From NCBI GenBank assembly GCA_043818055.1, contig JBDRGF010000003.1:1-56564 (forward strand): a DNA stretch of 56,564 nucleotides, written 5' to 3'. The position numbers and the translations under genes were made by a program. The DNA comes from Pseudomonadota bacterium. Its GTDB lineage: Bacteria; UBA10199; 2-02-FULL-44-16; JBDRGF01. Within the stretch, counting starts at the first letter, position 1. Each line of letters begins with the position of its first letter. Below, in pieces: positions 8,830-19,700 of the stretch. The notes under the pieces are model-generated. The model made no database searches and was not told where the DNA came from. It worked only from the letters and a program-made list of their open reading frames with translations.

Positions 8830-9405
8830 ATGATTAATAATAAGTATAAGCTCAACCCTGATCTGCGTTCTACGGATGACCCTGCATTGGGTGAATATGT
8901 CCCCATAAACACCCAGATTTTTTATCAACTAAAAATTGCCAAATCTAAGCTCTCAGATGATATTGGACTTGGAACATTTGCACTGGAAAATATCAGGAAG
9001 GACTCCGTTATTATTATAGGAGGCGGCCAGCTGACAAGCGACTCTAGTAAATTTTCAAAAGACAAAGATTACGCTGGAGTCTTTAATGAAAAATATTTAA
9101 TGGCCCCACTTGACTATGACAATCCATCTCCAAATTGGTTAATGAATCACTCATGCGAGCCTAACGTAAAAATAATTGGTGGATTAATAGTAATTTCGAG
9201 AATTGATATAATTAAAGGAGATGAATTGACTGTGGATTACGGTATTATTGCCGCGGGAGATTTTGATTTTAAAATGAATTGCAAGTGTAATTCAACAGAT
9301 TGTCGTCAACAAATCACTAATAACGACTGGAAAAATAAAAAGCTCTTCGATAAATACTATGATGAATGGGCACCTTTTATTCAAAAAAGGGGTGTCAATA
9401 ATTGA
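8830..9405 (+). CDS. SET domain protein with post-SET cysteines (putative protein-lysine methyltransferase)
   Basis: GLGTFA, NHSCEPN, ELTVDY, CKCNSTDCR; AAGGAG RBS. Confidence 0.92.
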   Translation: MINNKYKLNPDLRSTDDPALGEYVPINTQIFYQLKIAKSKLSDDIGLGTFALENIRKDSVIIIGGGQLTSDSSKFSKDKDYAGVFNEKYLMAPLDYDNPSPNWLMNHSCEPNVKIIGGLIVISRIDIIKGDELTVDYGIIAAGDFDFKMNCKCNSTDCRQQITNNDWKNKKLFDKYYDEWAPFIQKRGVNN

Positions 9406-9413
9406 TATCTCAT

Positions 9414-10709
9414 TTATTTCAATAGAATATCTACCCTTCTGTTTATTCCTTGACCTTCCAACGACATTTCTGAAGAAACCGGTTTTGTAGAACCATATGA
9501 TTCTACAACAATCTTTTCTCCATCAAAACCTTGTTTAATCAGATAGTTTTTTACCTCTTCGGCCCTTTGCAGAGAAAGATCGCTGTTATACACATTCTCC
9601 CCCCAAAGATCCGTATGTCCCTGCAGAATTATTTTTTGTGGATTCATTTGCATTAGTTCTTTTATGACTGGAGTTAAAAGATATTTCTGCTTCACCGAAA
9701 GCTCTGCAGAGTCGAATTTAAAATTAACGGTATGTAGAACTTGAGCATTTCCAGCATCTGCGTCTTTTTCTATTTTTTTGACATGTTTATCTTTCAATGG
9801 TGAAAAATTATAAGTCAGACCTGCAAATATACGATACGCAGGTGAGCCAACAGCGCTGGTCAATCCGAAACCTCCTCCTAATTCCACTATAAAATTTTTA
9901 CTGAGTTCTTTTTGAACACCGATATCCATTTCAATCGGTGTCATCATTTTAAAGCTTTCTCCCAGAACGCTCTCGCCAACCACTTGTGCGTTTATTGCCC
10001 ATGTATCTTTTTGCCACGGCAAACGATACCGGGCTGCAAGACCAAATGTCAGTCGATCGTCATCCACTATATTCCAAACTCTCCCGGTTGCAGGGTTGGT
10101 AAGCTGATGTCGATCTATAATCTTATAACCAAGATTCGCTGCGATATAAAAACGATTCAAATTTTTATCTACAATGGCACGAAATTCTGAAGTTACGCTT
10201 CCCTCCCCCGTGAATTTGCCTCTATCACCTGTCGATGCTGTCAGCCGAACTTGAAAGGCAACTCCTGGTATTTTATCTGATTCAGGTAGTCCCCTCACCT
10301 TTCCTTCAAAGGCGATATCACCAAGGCTTGTGGTGTGAAAGGAATTTTGCCTATCATCAGTCCCATTTTCGTAAAGGTTCAAAGGAATTTGCAGTCCCAC
10401 GTCAATAAATTCAAGTATTCCCAATGAAAATGATAAATCAGTCGTCCAAAGAGTTCCTACAAGATCAACGACACTGTTATTAACCGGATTACCCGCAGAA
10501 ATAAATCCACTACCAATATGAGTGTCTAAGCGAAATCTTGGTGTAAGGTGTCCTAGAGTTTGGGATCCATAGACCGAAAGCGAACCGCTACCGTCGGTTG
10601 TCAGGCGAAAATGCTGTACGTTGAAACCAGACAGATTTGTATCTGCAACGAGCAGACGAATAGGAAAGCTAAGAAAAATTATTAAAATGATAAGACGATA
10701 AAATCTCAT
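9414..10709 (-). CDS. Outer-membrane beta-barrel + OmpA_C protein (TraB-like architecture)
   Basis: Signal peptide; amphipathic beta-strands ending YRIFAGLTYNF; C-terminal VNFKFDSAEL...GHTD...N..LS.QRA..V...NRRVDI. Confidence 0.88.
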   Translation of the reverse strand: MRFYRLIILIIFLSFPIRLLVADTNLSGFNVQHFRLTTDGSGSLSVYGSQTLGHLTPRFRLDTHIGSGFISAGNPVNNSVVDLVGTLWTTDLSFSLGILEFIDVGLQIPLNLYENGTDDRQNSFHTTSLGDIAFEGKVRGLPESDKIPGVAFQVRLTASTGDRGKFTGEGSVTSEFRAIVDKNLNRFYIAANLGYKIIDRHQLTNPATGRVWNIVDDDRLTFGLAARYRLPWQKDTWAINAQVVGESVLGESFKMMTPIEMDIGVQKELSKNFIVELGGGFGLTSAVGSPAYRIFAGLTYNFSPLKDKHVKKIEKDADAGNAQVLHTVNFKFDSAELSVKQKYLLTPVIKELMQMNPQKIILQGHTDLWGENVYNSDLSLQRAEEVKNYLIKQGFDGEKIVVESYGSTKPVSSEMSLEGQGINRRVDILLK

Positions 10710-13700
10710 AATTTCAACTTCCTCTCCACTTCCCCCTTTCTAAATTGCCTCCTGATATAAATTCCTGAAAGCAAGAACAGGACAATACAGCCCATCGATC
10801 TTCCACCCTTTTCCTTTGTCAGAGAACATCCACCTTTTCCACCTACGACCTGCGTTGGATTGGAATCATCCGCTGGATTGTTGGGATCCGTTTCGCCTAA
10901 ATCAGGCTCATAAAGGCCATTCATATTCTTGTCTTCCGAACTATCTAACAACCCACCTGCATCCGTATCGGCCTTAGTAGGATCCGTAGTCGTTGTTGGA
11001 TCGCTATCCGCTATGAAATTTCCTATTTTAAGGTTAGTCGCTTTCAATGGGCCAATATCGTCAGGGTCGTTCGCCGGAGAAATAATCCCCATCTCAATGC
11101 CATCGCTTATACCATCATCATCGCTATCGCAATCTAAAGCATTGATAAATCCGTCACCATCGGAATCGATTAACGCCCCTTTTTCTGTTCCATCTATTAC
11201 TCCATCGTCATCGCTATCACGATCCAACGGATCAAGGCCGGCTGCCACTTCGATATCATCCGATAAGCCATCATCATCCGTATCGACAGCAGTTGTTGAC
11301 GACATCGAGAGTTTAACCGCATCGGAAGTACCAAGGGCAAGACTTTCCAATGTTTCGTCCAGCATAAATCTCAATTCTTCAACTTGAGGCAGGTCGCCCA
11401 GTGCAGACAGGTTCCAGATACAATCGAGTATCAGATCGATTCGCTCCTCAAAATTATCTTCACTCTTGTTATCCAAAGCGTCGAAGGCATCTATAAATTT
11501 GGAAATCAATGCCCAACCGCCATCAGTTATAGCATCGTTAGAAGACAGCTTTCTCATTAATACTAAAGCCTCTCTCCATGAGTCCTGCCAGGAATCGGCC
11601 ATTTTCAAGTCCTTATTCAATTTAAGCGAATAGACTAGGCCGTTATTCCATGTGGCTAAGGTATCAGCTGTAAAATGTATCTCACTGGATGAATTTGGCA
11701 GTCGAACAATGTAATTCAGATGACGTGTTTCATTCGGTTCCATATCGATAACCCATTTTGCGACCCCATCTGTCTCAAGCGCTTTGACCAATGTCGCACC
11801 GCCCTGCAAGAGGGCATCAACACCGATATTTATCGGTTCGGACCTGCTGTTTAGCACTACGTCCAGGGCCACGACTTCAAGCGGCGAGTATTTTTCCTCC
11901 ACACCTTTAATAGTAGATAACAGATCAACAAATTCATCTTTTGCTGTGTCTTTTTCTTCATCCTCCATGCCATCGATCCATCTTACAGGTTCATCAAGAA
12001 ATTGGATAAACTTGCCCTGTCCCAGAGTCTTATACTCACCATTATAGCGGCTTGCAGCCAATGCCTCAGAAGTTCTGAACTGCTTCAACATATTCTGCCA
12101 AGGCACTCCGGTAATGGAGTCAGGTTGGCTTAAATTGGCTAAGGTCAAACCGTTATGAACACGTTCTGTCAGTTCGCGATAGAGTTTATTATTGGATTCA
12201 GTTCCTTTAATTTCAAAATCGTCCTGATCTGTCACAATTAAAACGAGATCGAATTCATCACTTCTAAGCCCTTCTAAAAATTCTGACGCAGTTGTTGCAA
12301 TTTCATAATGCCATGCTTTAGTTTCAAATAATTCCATCAGAAACAGAGTTGTGGACGTTTGTGCGGGAATGAGCATCTTGATCGCATTTTCATCCTGAGT
12401 TGAATCAAGGTAATATATGAGGACACGTGGTGTTGTAGAAAATACAAGGCTGGCATCTATAGAATGGACATCTACGTTCTGCCTATGTTCATTTTCGCGA
12501 TTTCCAAGCAAATCTTTGCTCTGATACGATATCACATGAGAACCATCTGAAGTTCCGGCAAGATCGAAAGCCCCAGAATATGGCGTCCACTCACCTCCAT
12601 CGACACTGTATTCAGTCCTGTCAACGCCCACCAAATTATCCTTGGATGAAAGAGTGAACAGCGTGCTTGGAGAAATAATATTGATCTCTCCTGGAATCTG
12701 CTGATTCTGATCAATTGACGTTATCGGAGCCGTATTATCAACGACAACCTTAACTTCGATCTCATCGTCATTTTCATAATCGTCCGCTGCTAAAGCAGTG
12801 ATCGTATTGCTCCCCTCAGTCATAACGTTAAATGCAGGTGATGTGTATTGCGCAGGTGAATTTGGCGTATATTGAACCGGTGTTTCAGAACCGATTTTAT
12901 ATTCCACACGTGTGATATCCGGCCGGTTACTTTTAGCTACCAGTTCAATTGGTGTGCGTGATGTAATATAGAGATCTTTATTCTGCACTTTCGGTTCACC
13001 TATTGAAATATCGATCGTAGGTGGATGCCCATGTAGAATAAAACTGACGTTTTTTCCCGCTTCCCGGTTCGCGACATTGTCAACGCTCCAGTAGCTCATG
13101 CTATGAGACCCGTCTCCCATATCCCTGAATTCTATCGGCGATGTCCAGCTGACTGGTGTATTCGCATCTATTTGATACCAAACTTTATCCACTCCGGAAT
13201 GTTCATCCGATGCGTTGAGGACGAGCTTCGTCGCTTTTCCGGAAATATGTGTTTTTCCATCGATGACGTTTGCAATCCCATCCCAGGTCAGAGTTGTCGC
13301 TGGAGAAGTTCCATCGACTTTGAATGTCGCTTGTTTCGAGCCTTCCGGATTTCCGGCGTTATCCACGCTCCAGTATCTTAAGCTATGTTCGCCACTTGCT
13401 GTAAAATTCAAAGCTGATGTATATTGCGACGCAACTGGATCGGCATCCAAATTATAAAAGGTCGAAGCTACTCCCGATCCATAATCGATGGCATCAAATG
13501 TAATATCAGCGTTTGCAGCTATCCAATCTCCGAAATTACCTCCCTTTATCATTAATCGAGTAATTGGAGGAGTCGCGTCAAACGACAGCAGCTTCTCTAT
13601 AACCAACGAGTTATTGCCTGCCGGATCCTGTGCTACAAGCTGAATTTTGTAGCCTCCGTCAGGAAGCGCGTTGTGAGCGAGGTTTTTGCCGTTCCATTGC

Positions 13701-16700
13701 AAGGTCTTTTCATTCGGGGGAAGTGAAATTGTATTTTCAATCTCAGCCAATGTATTCTGGCTTGCTCCGACCACTTTTGCTGTAACCTTTATCCCCGATT
13801 GAGCCAGATTATCGCTCAAGGTATAATTCACAACGAGACCATTTGCGCTGGATAAAAATGAATCCTCATTTGAAAACGCAAGCATCGGGGGCGATGTATC
13901 GACAGTTACCTCACCGTTGATTGGATCAGATTTATTTCCCGCCTGATCCTCGATGTAGAACTCATAATTGTACATGCCGTCAGAAATTATACTCCCGCCA
14001 ATCCTTCCATCCCAATGAATAGATGTTTCGCCAGTTGTGATCGGCTGATGTTCCGCAGCCAGGTCACCATTCACCTTAAGAGTATAGAAGAGTCCTGTTG
14101 AAAACTGATCAGACAAGGCAACAGAAATGATCATTTCGTCCTTGATCTGATCACCATTTGGTGAAAATGTCTGATCGACAGAAACGAGATTTACAAGTGG
14201 CTTCTCCTCATCAAGCTTAAATTCCACCACTTGAGTTGTTTCGGCGTTGCCAACTTTGTCGATAGACCTAAATTCCAAATTCAGTAGTGTCGTTTTATCG
14301 ATCGAAAATGAGGTTGTATAATTCTTCCATCCTCCATCTCCTAATCTATATTCGATTCTCTCAACTCCACTTGAATAATCACCCTCATCAACAGCTTTTA
14401 GCGATATCAACGTGCCGTCATTAACAATGAAACTCTTGTCGCCAGCCTGATATGGTCCTTCCAGTGATATTTGTGACCTTGGAGGTTTGCTATCGATTAT
14501 GAACTTGAATTGTTTTACATCCTCATCCCGTTCATAGATATCTCTGCCATAATACTCTAGCATATGAATGCCAGACTCGTTACCTTCAAGAGCTAACGGC
14601 GTTCCATAACGATGAAATTCCGGTTCAGACATGCGATAGAAAATCTCAGTTACTTCCCTTTCCTTGTTCGAAGCCGCCAATATGATCGTAGCATCGGCAC
14701 CGACCCAGATTTCACCATTCATCAAATATGAACGACCATTGATTATAGCTTTTGTTCCAATTTCGGTGCTTCCTGAAGGGATTACATCGCTTCGCAAGAT
14801 CAGTGTCACCTTTCGTTCGCTTTCACGATTTCCTACATCATCATATGCCGCATATGTGATCTCGTGATTGCCTATCTCCTGGCCGGCCAATGTAAATGGC
14901 GAAACGTATTCAACAAATGAAGCGTCATCGATTTTATATTCAATTCTCGTTGTGCCGCTTGTCGTAGATGTTGCTAAGTCATCAGCTAAAAATGATATTT
15001 CACTATTTTCATTCGCATAGGCAGATTGTCCGTCGGATACAACGTTTCCATCCAACAACAGTTTTGTAAGCGGAGGATCCGTATCGAGGCTAATCGGTAC
15101 TTCCAGCGAATTCATGAAGCCGGCTACGTTTAGAACTTCAAAGACTACAGTATATTCGCCACTGGGAAGAGCCGTTTCCCAGTTGATATCGAACACTTGA
15201 TCTGTTCCCTCGTAGATCGTGGTTTTATCCATAACAGGATCGTCATTGCTGTAGTAGCTGATTCTCGTCAACTCCGGCGCAGGGCCTGATATAGATCCTG
15301 CAATATTCAAGGGTGCATTATAGACGGCATTCGGTTTTGGACTCACGATAGAGAAACTTGGTATATCCTTAGCTTCCTTCAACATGACATAGGTGGAAAA
15401 ATGCTCCAATGTAGCCGTTATGGTGAAAAACTTATTCGGATCTGGTGTATCACAGGTGTCGGCCGGTGGATTGACAGTTGAGATCAGTTCCAGTTCACCA
15501 TTATCCTTCAAATTATAGACTGTGATTTCAGCAGGATTGCTCCCGAAAGCATTCCAGACCTCTTCACATGTGAATGTGGTCTCCATTTGAACAGGGTGTT
15601 GAGGATCGATATCTATACCGTCCGGCTGGAGATTATAGACCGGTCCGACAGGAATAGTGCCTGAAGGAAGGTTCAGCGCCGGCAATAGTGGATCATTACT
15701 TTGAACGGGTGTCACCGACACAAGAGCCATTTGTGAATTATTCCCTAATGTCTGATCATCGAAATACAGTTTTGTTCTTCCGAACGCATCCCGAACTTGT
15801 ACATTTTCGCCTCGTTTTACCTCTTTACCCAGACCGATATTCATACTCGTCTCTTTTATCTCTCCCACATCGTTTTCAACACGAAGGAGTACAGTGTAAT
15901 TTTCGCCGTTGAGCTGTGTCACATCCCACCACCCTAAGATTCGCGTTCCATCGCTTTGAGGTTGAGAGAGTTGATTCGGAATATTTTGCCAAAGCTGTTT
16001 CCTGGAATCGTAATATTTGAGATCGTACTTGCTCGTTTCAACGTCACCACGGATTTCTATGAATCGCTTAGGCACTGCATTCGGTTTCAATTTTAGACGG
16101 AATGTATCAAGAGTATTATCGTTGAGCTCAGGAATCGCATTTTTGTCCTGATCTATTGTGGAATTGCCATGAATCTGTTTATCGACGACTTCAAAGGCAT
16201 TTACCGGTTCGCCGTTCGGATATTTCAATTCGATATTCCAATCATTGATGCGAACTATGTTGGAGAATGTATAGAGATCAGGATGAGCAGTCTTGGCTTC
16301 GTATGCATCATAGATTTTTATAGCATCTGATTTTATCCTGTAGTCCTGTTCGTTGAAATGCTCGAAAAGCGAGGATATCTTTCCGCCATCAAGAGAGGTA
16401 TCCTGATCGGTTGAAAATGTATTTTGAACAAATGAGGCGTAAATGTTTGGATTATTTGAAACGCAATTGCCTGTATCCGGACCTGATGAACTGCCCATCC
16501 ATAAATTCACGAAGGGAAGTTTTTTGAAACCGCTTTCGCAACTCGCAAATTCCAATTTACGATAAGCATTATTGAGTCGTTCGCGCACCTCGTATGTAAA
16601 GCTCTGTGATGTTATCGATACCGTGTCCCCCGCGCCCGTCCCTATCGAACCCGAGGGGAACGCCCCGAGCGCGCTAGTTCCTGAACTTTGCAAGTTGCGC

Positions 16701-19700
16701 GAAACCCAGCCCGTTTGGGTCGGCCCCCAATTTCTATCGGAATATGCAGTAGCCGGGCGAATTATAGTGAAGAAACCTTTTACGATAACCTGAGTTGGGT
16801 CCTCTGTCTCATTGATGGGGTTGCAAACAACTTTTAGCATAGGATTACAATTTACAACGATGGGTTCACGACGTTTAAATGTATAGTCAATGCGTTTGCA
16901 GTTCGGACAGGAAAAAGAGAGCGTTTCATCGGTATTGATGTGCTTTTCCCTATCGCTCGAAACAAAGGTATTAACCAACACGCCGCTTTCGTTGAACGCC
17001 TTTATAGTGATATCGTATTGGGATTGAGCCTGAGTCAAAGTAAATTGCCACCTATCGAATATGATGCTTTCCGATATCGTCCTGCTCATTTCAGTAGCCG
17101 GGGCGCAATATACTTTATAAACTCCCCAGTTGCACTGACGCTCTTCAAATACGGCGTTCTCCGTTCTTTTATCATCATAGGTATAGCTGTATCTCTCGCG
17201 TCCTTCCCCCCTGATATTATAATCGACATCCAGTACGATCCTCCCTGTCCCCTTAGCCTGCCAGTAAAAATCCGGATTTCCTTCCAAAGGAAAATCGTCG
17301 CTCGCATTATCATTATTTAACAAAATCCCTTTATCCTTGTCTGTAGTTGCATTCTTTTTTCCATCTCCGATGAGTTTAGCTATCGATGCCTTCAGATTAT
17401 CATTGTAATCAGGCGATGAAAGCACGATCGGGATTTCCTCTACTATATTCTCATTTCGTCCCAACTCAGTACCGATGGCCGTCAAGCGACAGATATAGTT
17501 GCCAAATGGAAGCATGAAACCGCTTGAATCAGTGCCATCCCAAACCGGCGGGAAATCACCGCTAACTTGGGAGAGATAGTCGGTTAAAAGCCGCTTTTTT
17601 AATGCGCCTTGTTCATTAAGTATCTCAAGCGTAACTTTAGCAGGCTTACTCAAGGCATAGGAAATCGTCGTAGAACGGTCGGGTAAATCAACGGATGAAT
17701 CCATCGGATTAAATTCATCTACAGAACTAACGAATTGAAGAAGTTTTAGAGTTTCGGCAAGCGAATCGTTGATATTGATAGAGACCTTAGCTGAGTCATC
17801 CCTGGCCTCTCCATAGCCGTCTATAGCTGTAGCTGTAATTTGTACGTTGTACTCTCCGTTTGGAAGCTCTCTTCCGAGATTATCAAGGCCATTCCAATTG
17901 AACAAGTATGTGCGCTCAGCGGCACGGTTCAAAAATGACTGTGTATAAACCACGTTAGAGCCGCTCTTATATATCGTCACATTTATATCGGCTGGCTTTC
18001 CTTTGAGCGTGTAGCTGATATTGGATTGCCGAACTCTCTCTGTGATAATGCTTGCTACCGGAGTAACATCAGTGATCTCTGGAAGGTTTAAGGATACGGT
18101 TCCTGTTCCACTGCCACTAGTTCCGCCACCCGTTGAACCGCTTCCTCCGGTTCCAGAACCCGAACCACCTGAGCCGGTAGCCGAAGCCAATCCATTTGCG
18201 ACATTCACATGAACAAAGTCATAACTAAAATGTTTCGTTCCACTCGATTCAGTGTCTATCACCTTGATCAAAATGGTATATTCGCCATTAGATAGATTGA
18301 GAGTATTCCAACTCCCCAGCAATCCGTGCTGCACAGGACTTACACCAACGTTGGAATTCGGATATACAGCATCATTAGGCTCATTATATTTGTTCGTAGG
18401 AGATTGTAAACGCATTGGCACTGAGATGGGTTGCCAACTTGATCCGCTATCCCCCACAGTTGCAACATCCTGATCGTTCACATCCCAAGTCCCTTGTCTA
18501 AAGTAGAGCTTATAAGATTCATAGTCAAAACCACTCTTGTTCTCGCCTATATTCGGATCTGCCGAGACACCCTTGATTCCGATCGTATCCCATATTTTAG
18601 TTTCAGTTTCCGGAAACTCGATCTTAGCCTTAATTCCAAACAGAATGGCCTGAGTTAACGCTTCTGAGATCAAACCATCTTCGGAGGTAGCTGTGACTTT
18701 GAGAATATAAAGACCTGAATCCAAAGGCTTGTCATCCTCTTTAGTCAACGTTCCCCTTGTATCGATACCATCCCACTTTTCGATATGATGTCCTAATGAG
18801 AGGGCTTTGCTATCTACGAGGGTGGAGATGAAACGGCCATTGGAATCTTTAATGTCAATATTGATAGCAGCATCCTCTGAAAGATCGAAATGAATTTCGG
18901 TCTCATCATTCACTCCATCGTCATTTGGAGTAAAAACCAAAGGTCGTGCTGAGAGCGCTGTGATAGCAACCGCTTTCGCATAGTAGAATTCTGCACGGCG
19001 ATCGTATTCATGAACATTCTGTCCCAGTTCAAAAACTGCAAAGTTTTTCAGGCTGGATAAATATGATGTGAAAAGATCCCATCCGGTTGCGGAACTGAAT
19101 GCGCCGTTGTAAAGATCGTTCACTATTTTGCCAACAGATGGAGCTTCGAATTCACGATAATTAGCAGATTTCTGCCAGCCAGTCAAAGGTGAGCCCTCTG
19201 TATTATAAGCGATGACATCTCCATCTGACAAAAGAGTTATAAGATCAGGCTTACCATCAAGATCGACATCACCTACCGTTACGCCTGACAAGATTGTAAA
19301 ACCATCAGGTGCTGAGATAGCTCGAATCAACTCACCATTATGATCAACAACCAAAATCTGACTCTCAGTAGCGAAAACCAAATCATCAAAGCTATCTCCG
19401 TCTAAATCTGAAGAAGTTGGTTCACCAACAACTCTCTTACCATCGGGTATAACAAAGAAAATTGAATGTGCCAGACTGGAATTCCAAACATATATAGTAT
19501 CGTCATTTACTGCGTAGAGTTTTTGCCGTCCGAGATTATCAAGATCAGCAAGGAACAAATTAAAATCTGACGATAAGTCTGGAAATTTAAAATTGCTATC
19601 AACCTCTCCAGTCTCTTTCAATACCGTAATCTTATGATCAGAAGTTGCAGATATAGTTTCAAACTGACCATCTCCATCCAAATCTGCCAAAAGTGGAGTC

